From: a virus
Lineage: Duplodnaviria; Caudoviricetes
Direction: 5' to 3' (one strand)
DNA length: 46,976 nucleotides
Virus record (IMG/VR): IMGVR_UViG_3300048854_000023
Location: 1 to 46,976 of that record
Part shown: in pieces, positions 17,808 to 26,012 of the stretch
How positions within the stretch are numbered: the first letter of the stretch is position 1
Layout: each line of letters starts with the position of its first letter
The notes under the pieces: model-generated
The model's database searches: none
What the model was told of the DNA's origin: nothing
The model's input: the letters and a program-made list of their open reading frames with translations, nothing else
Made by a program: the position numbers and the translations under genes

Positions 17808-18175
17808 TTGAACGGCTCCAATTGCCGGATGATCTTATTGAAATATTCAGGCTTACTCGACATTCCGCACGGTACGGTAATGACGAAATCGCCGGCCATG
17901 TTGACGGCAATACCTGGGGTAATCTCGGCAATGCTCAAGACCCATTCGGGGTTGATCATAGTCGGCTCTTTCGCACCAACTTCTGTCAGATAGATATGCG
18001 GCTCAAGCGCCGTAATAATCGCCTTGAACAGAACGGAACAATTCCCATTGCCGCGACATTCGATATTGTGGGTACGTCCATTTGTGAGCATGACACCAAC
18101 AGAGATTTTCCCACATATGACGGCGGCGACGTTAATGGGATTGACGGCGCATTTCGCGTGAAGTTTGATCAGCAT
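17804..18175 (-). CDS. Hypothetical protein with an internal duplication
   Basis: Two related halves (AVNPINVAAV / MINPEWVLSI); AAGGG RBS. Confidence 0.6.
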   Translation of the reverse strand: MLIKLHAKCAVNPINVAAVICGKISVGVMLTNGRTHNIECRGNGNCSVLFKAIITALEPHIYLTEVGAKEPTMINPEWVLSIAEITPGIAVNMAGDFVITVPCGMSSKPEYFNKIIRQLEPFK

Positions 18176-18257
18176 GATTTTCCCTTATTCAACGGAGCAA
18201 CATATTCGCCCCAAACGAAACCGTCACGCCATTGAGTTTCCCGAACGCCGGCAATTG

Positions 18258-18272
18258 TTAATAAGAGGTTAA
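18258..18272 (-). promoter_or_regulatory. CtrA-type box
   Basis: TTAACCTCTTATTAA (TTAA-N7-TTAA) overlapping the upstream TAA; no clear -10 element. Confidence 0.55.
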
Positions 18273-18625
18273 AGGCTCATGCGCTTGCGCGCCGCCTCCT
18301 GAGCTTCAGGCGTATTGCTGTTCTTGATCGCGTCATCTGTCATCGGCGGAACGCTGGCGTTGTACAGGTCCGCCGCCTTCGCCATTTGCGCAAGCTCAAG
18401 CTTCGCAAGGCGCTTGCCTTCCGGCGTGCCGTCTTCCAGGGCGGCAATGATGATCGGGAGAACACCTTTCCATGTCGGTGTTAGATCGATTTTGCCGGCA
18501 GGGCGTTTAGCGTTGTTCGCCTTGATAGCGTGTTCGCGGCGGTTCAATTCGTCAGCCGCCGCAATATTCCCGAGCTTGAACGCTTCATGCAATTCGGAAA
18601 TTGACATGTCCGTAAGTTTGCGCAT
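18269..18625 (-). CDS. Hypothetical protein
   Basis: Start re-assigned to ATG 18625 (MRKLTDM; AAAGG RBS); contains an IDLTPTW motif. Confidence 0.65.
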   Translation of the reverse strand: MRKLTDMSISELHEAFKLGNIAAADELNRREHAIKANNAKRPAGKIDLTPTWKGVLPIIIAALEDGTPEGKRLAKLELAQMAKAADLYNASVPPMTDDAIKNSNTPEAQEAARKRMSL

Positions 18626-18639
18626 CTTACTAAACCTTT

Positions 18640-18747
18640 CTGCCGACGACAGCCCGCGCCGGCTCGGGGGAGTTGATTTCAATTCTTGACCGAAGGAAGC
18701 CCCAGGTTCCGCGACTGACAAGAGGCTGTCTGTTCGCTTCCTTCGAT
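18640..18747 (-). ncRNA. Candidate pseudoknotted leader RNA
   Basis: 10-bp stem 18736-18745/18691-18700 crossed by a 7-bp pairing 18724-18730/18648-18654. Confidence 0.45.
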
Positions 18748-18753
18748 GTTTTG

Positions 18754-18785
18754 ATATTACTCGCCAGATATTAACAGCGAGTTAA
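18754..18785 (-). promoter_or_regulatory. CtrA-type box with -10 element
   Basis: TTAACTCGCTGTTAA, 11 nt, then TAATAT. Confidence 0.65.
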
Positions 18786-19012
18786 TAAGGCAAATCGTCG
18801 CCGAAATCAGTTTGCGACAAACTGCCATTTTGCAAGAGATTGCGAAGGCGCTGCAACTCGGCTTTCATGATTTCATGTGCCTTGTTATACGCCGTGCATT
18901 CACCTTCGCGATAGCTTTCCATTTCCGAGTTACCGCGATCCTTAGCATTCCAGCGAGCATTATTTGCTAGCGTCGAAAGTTCGGCAATTCGACCAAGAGC
19001 GGTAAGTTTCAT
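18782..19012 (-). CDS. Hypothetical protein
   Basis: ATG at 19012 with AAGGGA RBS after a promoter. Confidence 0.65.
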   Translation of the reverse strand: MKLTALGRIAELSTLANNARWNAKDRGNSEMESYREGECTAYNKAHEIMKAELQRLRNLLQNGSLSQTDFGDDLPY

Positions 19013-19045
19013 TTCCGTATCCCTTTGTCTCAATCTGATAATAGG

Positions 19046-19097
19046 AATATAACGACAACTCAGGCCGAGTACAAGCGCCTTTAATTCGGATGGTTAA
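19046..19097 (-). promoter_or_regulatory. sigma70-like promoter with upstream TTAACCAT (CtrA half-site)
   Basis: TTGTAC-N17-TATATT; TTAACCAT at 19090-19097. Confidence 0.6.
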
Positions 19098-19104
19098 TAT
19101 AAGC

Positions 19105-19395
19105 CTAAAAGGGACAACCGTCTTTTTCGTAATCCCAAGGATTAATCGGCTCGCCAGTTAGCCAATCCCTTAAGCCGGCCTGGATCGCGCGGAATTCTTC
19201 AAGCGCGCTGAGAACGTCTTGAACCGCCGCATAATCGGGCTCAATAGCGCTCACGTTGTCAACAGCGCGGCACGCCCATTCCGTCGTGTTCGGAACGTTT
19301 CCGTTGTAATGAATGTCGGCGTAAATCAACACGTCGCCGTAATCGAGCCCGTATTTCTTCGCGATAGCCAAGAACGGATATGAAGCCGGTTTCAT
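19105..19395 (-). CDS. Hypothetical protein
   Basis: ORF track; ATGA overlap. Confidence 0.65.
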   Translation of the reverse strand: MKPASYPFLAIAKKYGLDYGDVLIYADIHYNGNVPNTTEWACRAVDNVSAIEPDYAAVQDVLSALEEFRAIQAGLRDWLTGEPINPWDYEKDGCPF

Positions 19396-19682
19396 TTTGT
19401 CAACCTTTCAACGGTTTCAATGATGGCTTTCGCCAATGCTTCGCCTTCATGGATAGGCTCGGGACCATACAAGCCTAACACGGCATCTTCGGAAGGCAAC
19501 ACGCCAGCGGGGCAAGTCGTCTCGATTGCAAGCCGGATCATGCGCAACGTCGACCATGCGTTTTCGCGATTAGCCCGATTAGTTTCCTCCGCTTTCTTGA
19601 CGCCAAGCAAGAACGATTTACGCGCCAATTTATCAAGCGTTAAGTGTAGTGCTTCCGCTTCCTCTGGTGTTGGCTGTTTCAT
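19392..19682 (-). CDS. Hypothetical protein
   Basis: ORF track; AAGGGA RBS. Confidence 0.65.
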   Translation of the reverse strand: MKQPTPEEAEALHLTLDKLARKSFLLGVKKAEETNRANRENAWSTLRMIRLAIETTCPAGVLPSEDAVLGLYGPEPIHEGEALAKAIIETVERLTK

Positions 19683-19858
19683 TTCGTGATTTCCCTTTGC
19701 TTGATCTTAATACGATGAACAATAATCCCTTTAGCATCATTAAACGCGCCTACAATTCCGCTAGCAATATCATCATTACCTATAACGTTAATTCGCCGAG
19801 CCTCTACCAGAACGGTAATGAAATAAAGCGCGTTCGTATCGGCGACTTGATCAGACAC
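19679..19858 (-). CDS. Small hypothetical protein (59 aa)
   Basis: Not in the ORF track. GTG start with GAGG RBS (MSDQVADTNALYFITV...); fills the gap, ATGA overlap. Confidence 0.55.
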   Translation of the reverse strand: MSDQVADTNALYFITVLVEARRINVIGNDDIASGIVGAFNDAKGIIVHRIKIKQREITK

Positions 19859-20033
19859 AATAGCCTCTCTTTCTCAGTTCGCATTTAGCCCAATAGACTT
19901 CATTCGAGTGAATGGCGCGCGTGCGGAGCCGCGCCCAAAGCTGAGCGGTCTTAAGCGCTTCAGCTTTATCACGATCGCCGATGACAGCGCGCTTAGCGCC
20001 TTCAGGAGCGATGCGGATTTGATCCTGTTTCAT
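19851..20033 (-). CDS. Hypothetical protein
   Basis: ORF track; AGGA RBS. Confidence 0.6.
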   Translation of the reverse strand: MKQDQIRIAPEGAKRAVIGDRDKAEALKTAQLWARLRTRAIHSNEVYWAKCELRKRGYCV

Positions 20034-20068
20034 TGTTACAAATCCTACTACTAAACGAAACTAGACCC

Positions 20069-20100
20069 ATGATATGTAACATTTCCTAACGAGACGTTAA
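20069..20100 (-). promoter_or_regulatory. CtrA-type box (one mismatch) with -10 element
   Basis: TTAACGTCTCGTTAG, 11 nt, then TATCAT. Confidence 0.55.
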
Positions 20101-20835
20101 CACGGAATGCAAATGCGTAACCAGCGCGTCAGCTACGCCGGGATAAGTCCGGGAACGATCTTTCCAGCGCTCATCCCCTGGACCTAGCTTGTTCTGTCCG
20201 GTATCAGTTTGATTAGCCCAATAGGCTTTTCCGTTATCTCGCGTCGTCGGCGCTATGTACTTCGCCGGATCAATCGGCAGGGCGTATTGCGGCGCGTCTT
20301 CGCCATCGCGATCAATGAACCAAAGGCAAGTGCCTTTACTAGCATCGTCGCCGCATTGATACGGTTGAATGACCTGAATTGGTTTCCGCCAACGCGTCGA
20401 AAGCGTTCCAATTGGATTTTCAAAGACCTTAAGCCCGATCTTGAGCGAAGCGAGATCGCGAATTAGCGCCTCTTCCTCGTCTCGGGCCGCTCGCCTGGGC
20501 TCGCCAACAAGCGTTTCCGGCTTGACGCGTTGATGATAACCGACGTTCGGATAACGCGTGTAATCGGCATCCTTGAACGCCCATGCGCCCGAAACAGTGT
20601 GATAAGTGCAATCGGGATGAAAGATAGCCAAATGCGGCCATAACTGGCGCGACCAAAGGTAATCGACGCATTCGCGGATATCCGCTTGAATGTGTCCGCC
20701 TATCATACCGGCGTCAGGAAATTGCGAGCCATCTTCAGCCGGCAACAAATCGCAGGACACGACGAAGTGTCCAAGCGCCTGAAATCGTCGCCGAAGTTGA
20801 CCGCTTGTTTCCATGCCGATTAGAATAATTCTCAT
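20086..20835 (-). CDS. Phage DNA cytosine methyltransferase-like protein
   Basis: ILIGMETSG..RRRF..GH..VSCDL start, HPDC, ENPIG, QPYQCG, KGTCLW and RSRTYPGVADA motifs. Confidence 0.7.
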   Translation of the reverse strand: MRIILIGMETSGQLRRRFQALGHFVVSCDLLPAEDGSQFPDAGMIGGHIQADIRECVDYLWSRQLWPHLAIFHPDCTYHTVSGAWAFKDADYTRYPNVGYHQRVKPETLVGEPRRAARDEEEALIRDLASLKIGLKVFENPIGTLSTRWRKPIQVIQPYQCGDDASKGTCLWFIDRDGEDAPQYALPIDPAKYIAPTTRDNGKAYWANQTDTGQNKLGPGDERWKDRSRTYPGVADALVTHLHSVLTSR

Positions 20836-21026
20836 TATAGAAACGCCTCCGGGTTGAGGTTGAACGCAATCGTGTCAATCCAACAACGTTGCGTCTTATA
20901 CGGACCTTCAATCGAGAACGTACCGTTCTGCATATCCATGACATGAACGGGCCGACCCTTGAATTCCGCCTGAACTTCAGCAAGGGTCTTATCGGTCTTC
21001 ACAACGCGACGATGCAAGGTGTTCAT
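20835..21026 (-). CDS. Hypothetical protein
   Basis: GGAG RBS after a strong promoter. Confidence 0.65.
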   Translation of the reverse strand: MNTLHRRVVKTDKTLAEVQAEFKGRPVHVMDMQNGTFSIEGPYKTQRCWIDTIAFNLNPEAFL

Positions 21027-21053
21027 TTCCGTAACTCCGTTTTATCTAACCGG

Positions 21054-21082
21054 AATATAAGGCCGGAAACTCATGCTGTCAA
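21054..21082 (-). promoter_or_regulatory. Strong sigma70-like promoter (repeated module)
   Basis: TTGACA-N17-TATATT; near-identical to 32039-32067. Confidence 0.75.
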
Positions 21083-21088
21083 TTCGAA

Positions 21089-21337
21089 TTATTCCGATAC
21101 TCCCACTTTAACCCAAGGATGACGACTGCCCACAATAGACAGCGCAATCGGCTTGCCGTCAATCATACGGCTGATTTCATCGGCACTCGGATACCAATGC
21201 GTCAACATGGCTTCAATGCCATCTAGCGGCGTTCCAGACTCGCTTACGGCATAATGGATAACATGAAGCTCCGCATTTGTGCCGGCTTCGTAAACGGTAA
21301 CTGAGCCGTCATCGTTGATGAATTTTCCGGGTATCAT
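21089..21337 (-). CDS. Hypothetical phage protein
   Basis: W.P..DE......G..I.L...G..HP.V motif. Confidence 0.65.
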   Translation of the reverse strand: MIPGKFINDDGSVTVYEAGTNAELHVIHYAVSESGTPLDGIEAMLTHWYPSADEISRMIDGKPIALSIVGSRHPWVKVGVSE

Positions 21338-21342
21338 ATCCG

Positions 21343-21558
21343 TTATCCTCTTATCTCGCTTGGCGGTTGATCTTCCCCATAGCCATTCATTTCCATTAGG
21401 AAAGCCATGGGAGTATTGAAATCAGTTTGTCGTGTATGGGATTTAATAGGAGCTTCAAATCCTATAACCCAAAACTCAAGTTCGCCAATCGAACTAAGCG
21501 AAAATTTAACGACATGTTCTTTCCGGTAATACATACCGCCAATTCGTATATAATTCAT
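21343..21558 (-). CDS. Hypothetical protein
   Basis: ORF track; AAGGA RBS. Confidence 0.55.
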   Translation of the reverse strand: MNYIRIGGMYYRKEHVVKFSLSSIGELEFWVIGFEAPIKSHTRQTDFNTPMAFLMEMNGYGEDQPPSEIRG

Positions 21559-21589
21559 TTCTCGTTTTCCTTTCCGTTAACTCGTTATC

Positions 21590-21860
21590 TTTCTTACTTC
21601 TTTTATGCTTTTAAGTATTTTTAAGGTAGTTTTAAGAGATAAGTAGTTGGTTTTAATAGGTTTTAAGGTTTTAAGGGTCTTACTGATAGAGCTTCCTCGC
21701 GTTATTACGAGTTACCGCGCTGAGTTGCCGGCGACACGCGAGATTACCTATTAGGACCCACTCTCCCAGGGTACCCCTACCCCCTTAAACCTTAAAAGCC
21801 TTCAAACCTATACAGCACAAGGGTTTGAGCCCTATATACCACCTTAAAACCCCTTAAAAC
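21590..21860. repeat. Putative replication origin: AT-rich region with inverted TTTTAAG / CTTAAA iteron arrays
   Basis: About six TTTTAA(G) copies at 21609-21675 and four CTTAAA copies at 21784-21859 in the opposite orientation; non-coding, directly downstream of the primase-helicase. Confidence 0.6.
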
Positions 21861-24277
21861 TCCATGAACCATTTCGGATCAAGGATCGCATAACACTTTC
21901 CCGCATACTGAAACTGATCATTGGCAGTTTTCGCGTTCACCAATTGCAAATAACCGTTATCGCAAAGATGCTTGAGGATAATCGAGATAGCAGCCAATGA
22001 TCCCTTTCGATCCTGTTTAAAGCAAGCCTTTGACGAGCAAGCGGCAGTTAGATATGACGCGTTTATTACCCCGTTTTTCCACAATTCGAGTTTCTTCGGA
22101 TATGTAGGCAATTGCTCAAACGTTTTCCGACAATAATTTCCAATGACGGAACGCATATGTTCCTCTTGTTTGGAATTGTCGGTTACTTCCTGCTTTCCCA
22201 TTTCGCCAGCTTCAAATTTGCGGAGTAGCCGGTACGTGTCAGTCAGTACCATTGACGCGGCCCATTCGACCATATCAGCGGTAACAACAGGGTTAAGGTA
22301 ATCGACTGAAACCGACAACAACGACGCCAAGCGGAGCGCCTTAATATGCGTGCGGTTCCACAATTCCCGCGTTAAATCCCGGCTCGAATTATCGACCTGA
22401 TCGTCGCAAAAATCGTCAAGCTGTTTAAGCATTTGAGTTGCCATTTCGTCTTGCCTACATATCCAAACCGTGCCGTTTTGCGCCATGTCTTCGATATGCA
22501 ACATAATGGTTTTGAGCCCCAAGCAAATGAATTCGGGAACCTCAATATATTCGGCGCTTTCATTTGATTTCGGGCGTTTGCCGGTATATTCGACAATGAG
22601 GAAGCGCGGCAAGAGCCCGCTCGTAACCGTGCTTTCGTCCAGGGCTTCATAAAAGCGTTGTCCTGTCGTTTCGCCGATGAGAGTAAACGCGGGAGAATTG
22701 ATTTGTTCCGTGTTGTTCGCTTTGTCGGCGTAAATTGATGGTTGCATTGTTTGGCCGGCGCCGCTCTTCATATACAAATCAAGCAAAACTTGCATAAGCG
22801 TTTTATCAGCGCTTGACGCGTTGTCGTCCGTGATTTGTTTTAGGCGAATACCAAACTCGCCAGTCAGCGAAATGAAACATGGAACAGCCTTGCCCGATAG
22901 ATATTTGACAAGCGCTTGCCCGCTCATGATTTGAGCCGGTCCATATATCTCTGTCGCTCGGGCATGGGTCTTTTTAGTTGCGCTGATAATTCGGGATATG
23001 CCCGACGCAATTCCCTCTTTGCCTTTGCCGGTATCGGCGACAAGCATATAATATTGATTAAGCCCGGTTTTGGTTGTCGTGTTGTATTGCCGTCCTACGG
23101 TTCCGCTCATCAATCCGAGCGCTGCAATAAGCGACATTTCGTAAGCTGGACGCGCGGACGACGCGTAAATATAATCCAGCAAGACGGATAAAAAGCCAGG
23201 AGGTTTGCAATCTTGCCACGCGGTCAAAGACCAATCGGCGACGGGGGAGCGGCCTTCAGCGGTCAACCTGGACCGCTCCCCTTTGGCTTGCGCTCGACCG
23301 TCCCGGATTGCCAACGGGGCAGGAGCGGGTCCGCCGCCTTCGCTCGGGTCAGTTGGGGTATGAACCGCCGCCCGAGCCGCTTCAAACTGATCGATAAGCG
23401 CCGTGAAGTCAATAGGCGGTACTTGGTTGTCAAATGATCGCGAGATCATCGGCATAAGGTAGTTATCCCGCTCAGCTTTCTTGCGTTTGCCTAATGCACT
23501 GTCGCGGAACATTCGCAGGATTTGCGGCGTAAATTGAGTGTAATAAGCGATAATATCTATCAACGCGAAATCAGCTTCGGATTGTGAACCGTAATATTCT
23601 TGCCAATTGCCATTATATAGCGCCGTGAATTTATCGCCGTTAACCGCCGTCGCGGCCATTTCGTAAACTTGAGCGTCGTCATGCTCTTGAATGAAGTCAG
23701 GAGCGAAGCCGTTACCAGCTTGCTTCGACCTGGGCGCCATCTGAGCCCATAACAGATTGACCTTTTCGCTTTGGTCTTCGATCTCGCCTGGACGGAAAAC
23801 GTTACCTGTCATCGTGAAATAGCGGAGATCGGAATAGACTTCGACGGCATCGCGGCGGCGACCGTGAGGCACTTTCGCCTTGGTGATAATGTGCAAGCCT
23901 TTGCCGCTTGGCGACCATTCGGCATAACCGCCAATCTCATTCAAGATAAGACCATGACGCGCGGCTATTTCAGCGGCTTTATCTGCCGGAAACTTCGGCG
24001 AGCCATCTGGCTTTAATGCGAAAGGATCATCCAAATCAATTCCGCAGTAAGCATCACGATTAGTGAATACGAAACCGATGCCGTTAAATTGTTCAGCATG
24101 TTCAACCGCCTCATTGAATGAGCACCACGTTTGCGGGTTATCTGTCGCCATCTTGGCGCCCGTAACAGGATGATATGGAACCTTTGTAGGTGCGGCATCG
24201 TCGGACGGTATCTCATACCGCCAAACACACCATTGAATGAGCGCCTTTAGCTCGTCAGGTATGTTATGCCAATTCAC
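21854..24277 (-). CDS. Bifunctional primase-polymerase / helicase (AEP-type N-terminus with C-terminal NTPase)
   Basis: QWCVW, GIDLD, EWSPSGKGLHI, SQSEAD, Walker A ADTGKGKE and GLLPRF; GTG 24277 overlaps the HTH stop (alternative start TTG 24307). Confidence 0.85.
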   Translation of the reverse strand: MNWHNIPDELKALIQWCVWRYEIPSDDAAPTKVPYHPVTGAKMATDNPQTWCSFNEAVEHAEQFNGIGFVFTNRDAYCGIDLDDPFALKPDGSPKFPADKAAEIAARHGLILNEIGGYAEWSPSGKGLHIITKAKVPHGRRRDAVEVYSDLRYFTMTGNVFRPGEIEDQSEKVNLLWAQMAPRSKQAGNGFAPDFIQEHDDAQVYEMAATAVNGDKFTALYNGNWQEYYGSQSEADFALIDIIAYYTQFTPQILRMFRDSALGKRKKAERDNYLMPMISRSFDNQVPPIDFTALIDQFEAARAAVHTPTDPSEGGGPAPAPLAIRDGRAQAKGERSRLTAEGRSPVADWSLTAWQDCKPPGFLSVLLDYIYASSARPAYEMSLIAALGLMSGTVGRQYNTTTKTGLNQYYMLVADTGKGKEGIASGISRIISATKKTHARATEIYGPAQIMSGQALVKYLSGKAVPCFISLTGEFGIRLKQITDDNASSADKTLMQVLLDLYMKSGAGQTMQPSIYADKANNTEQINSPAFTLIGETTGQRFYEALDESTVTSGLLPRFLIVEYTGKRPKSNESAEYIEVPEFICLGLKTIMLHIEDMAQNGTVWICRQDEMATQMLKQLDDFCDDQVDNSSRDLTRELWNRTHIKALRLASLLSVSVDYLNPVVTADMVEWAASMVLTDTYRLLRKFEAGEMGKQEVTDNSKQEEHMRSVIGNYCRKTFEQLPTYPKKLELWKNGVINASYLTAACSSKACFKQDRKGSLAAISIILKHLCDNGYLQLVNAKTANDQFQYAGKCYAILDPKWFMEF

Positions 24278-24474
24278 AGTTGTAATTCCCGCCCGCTCAA
24301 AAAGCAATACAAAGTTTCAATATAGAATACGGGCGGATTTTTAGTTCGCCCTTTCGAAAAGTGCACTAACCAATGAAACGGGATTTCTGTCGATATATGC
24401 ACTTGCATGATTGTTTGCGAGCGCGGACGATCTTTCCATAGCCGTTGTGTCTCGGCTAGCAATTTCGACTGCAT
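24274..24474 (-). CDS. Small XRE-like HTH transcriptional regulator
   Basis: 66 aa, WLVHFSKGRTKNPPVFYIETLYCFL motif; first gene of the leftward operon. Confidence 0.7.
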   Translation of the reverse strand: MQSKLLAETQRLWKDRPRSQTIMQVHISTEIPFHWLVHFSKGRTKNPPVFYIETLYCFLSGRELQL

Positions 24475-24505
24475 ATTGTGGGTACCTGATTTGGCTGAAG
24501 CCGCG

Positions 24506-24578
24506 ACTTTACGGGGGCAAAAAATTTCGGTCAATAGCCAAAATGGGCCTTGACGGAAAGATTTTCCAGGCTTAGCTT
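24506..24578. promoter_or_regulatory. Back-to-back divergent sigma70-like promoters
   Basis: Minus strand TTGACC-N17-TAAAGT (24534-24506); plus strand TTGACG-N17-TAGCTT (24550-24578). Confidence 0.65.
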
Positions 24579-24613
24579 GGCGATGGTCAACCACACAAAC
24601 CGGGGAATTCAAA

Positions 24614-25039
24614 ATGCTTTCGCAGGAACAAACGGACTTGCTCGCCAGTTGGCAAGCGGCCAAAATAGCGGCGGCAAATGCCGTCATGAATGAACGGGAT
24701 TTGCGCGCGAAGGTTATCGAAACCTTTTCGACGGAAACCGACGAAATGAAATCCGGCGTCGAGAATATCGATCTCGGCTTTGACAAGTGGGAGTTGAAGA
24801 TTACCCACGCTGTTGACTACAAGCTCGCCGACAGTGACGCCGTGAAAATGGCGCTCGCGCAAATCGCCGCGTCAATTGAAGGCGGTTCGATCATCGCTGA
24901 CAGGCTTGTCAAGTTCAAGCCCGAGCTTTCGGCATCCGAATACAAGCTGTTGAATGGCGGACAGCGGGCAATTATCAATCGCGTGCTGACGATCAAGCCG
25001 GCGTCGAAATCAATCGAGATCAAACAGCGCTCGCGCTAA
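24614..25039 (+). CDS. Conserved-type phage hypothetical protein of the DNA metabolism module
   Basis: GGGGA RBS; KFKPEL..SEY..L and LTIKPA motifs. Confidence 0.75.
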   Translation: MLSQEQTDLLASWQAAKIAAANAVMNERDLRAKVIETFSTETDEMKSGVENIDLGFDKWELKITHAVDYKLADSDAVKMALAQIAASIEGGSIIADRLVKFKPELSASEYKLLNGGQRAIINRVLTIKPASKSIEIKQRSR

Positions 25040-25045
25040 TCTGAA

Positions 25046-25132
25046 TTCCCGGCGTTTCAACTCCCCATTGTCGCCGGGAAAGAGCCGGGAGCTTTAGGCT
25101 CCGCACCCCCGCCCCGCTAGGGCTTCCGGCTC
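25046..25132 (+). other. Tandem stem-loops with C-rich loops
   Basis: TTCCCGGCG/CGCCGGGAA and GAGCCGGGAGCTTTAG/CTAGGGCTTCCGGCTC. Confidence 0.55.
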
Positions 25133-25156
25133 CCCTCATTCAATAAGGAATATAGC

Positions 25157-25999
25157 TTGAGTATTCTCGGCGACGTATCAACAGCGGCGAAACCGGTTGG
25201 ACAACGCATCGTAATTGGCGCGCAAGAAAAGGTTGGGAAGACGACGCTAGCTTGCGGCGCCCCGAAACCTTTACTTATCCCGATGGAAATGGGTTTCGGG
25301 CCGATGACGGTTCCAAAGACGAGAATGATAACGACTTGGGATAGCGTCATGGCGCTATTTGACGAGATCGGGAATTCAGCGGCTCAGGGCAAGTTCCCCC
25401 ATCAATCGCTTGTTTGGGACAGCGCGACGGCGCTTGAAACGCTCATTCACAAGGCGACGTTGGCGAAAGACCCGAACTATTCGCCGAACAACGCAAAGGC
25501 GTTGACAATGGAAGCCGCGCTTGGCGGCTATGGCAAGGCGTATCAGTACGCTAATGAGCTATTCGGCAAGTTCACCTATTATAGCGATTTGCTCGCGGTC
25601 AATTTCGGGATCAATACCATCTTGACTTGCCACGTTTTCGCTAGCCGGATTGTTGATCCGACTTCCGGCGAATATGACACCTGGGATTTGCTCTTGCATT
25701 CGCCAAAGAACAATAAGAATTATGGTAAGCGCGAAATGATAACCCAATGGGCTGACATGGTTGGTTTCATGTATGAGCCCGTTATGGTTATCGTCAACGA
25801 TAAACAAGCAATGAGCCGCGCGGTTACGCAAAATCGCGGGCGTGTAATTGGCGTCGATAGAACGCCTCAGTACGTCGCCGGAAACAGATACCGGATGACA
25901 GGTGAAATTCCTATCCCTCTTTCGCAGGGTTGGAATTATTTGGCCGATGCTATCTATAAGGCGTCGGGAATTGATCTCTTCAACCGCGATTTGAAATAG
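25157..25999 (+). CDS. AAA-family ATPase (AAA_24/Sak4-like recombination protein)
   Basis: AQEKVGKTT Walker A, LVWDS Walker B, GGYGKAY, WAD and AGNRY motifs. Confidence 0.85.
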   Translation: MSILGDVSTAAKPVGQRIVIGAQEKVGKTTLACGAPKPLLIPMEMGFGPMTVPKTRMITTWDSVMALFDEIGNSAAQGKFPHQSLVWDSATALETLIHKATLAKDPNYSPNNAKALTMEAALGGYGKAYQYANELFGKFTYYSDLLAVNFGINTILTCHVFASRIVDPTSGEYDTWDLLLHSPKNNKNYGKREMITQWADMVGFMYEPVMVIVNDKQAMSRAVTQNRGRVIGVDRTPQYVAGNRYRMTGEIPIPLSQGWNYLADAIYKASGIDLFNRDLK

Positions 26000-26012
26000 G
26001 AGTAATCGCACT

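Noticed and set aside
18165-18260. Short open frame after the CtrA box (LTIAGVRETQWRDG...)
   Set aside because: No ATG/GTG start or RBS; at most a gene remnant
18640-18747. HDV-like/theta or hammerhead ribozyme
   Set aside because: The crossing topology and CAG/CUG mini-stem are suggestive, but linker lengths and the catalytic J4/2 C-containing strand do not fit, and there is no CUGANGA/GAAA core on either strand
19081-19097. Full CtrA box
   Set aside because: The two TTAA are 9 nt apart, not 7; counted as a half-site only
21590-21860. CRISPR array or tandem satellite in the AT-rich region
   Set aside because: Units are only 6-7 nt, irregularly spaced and inverted; they fit iterons better
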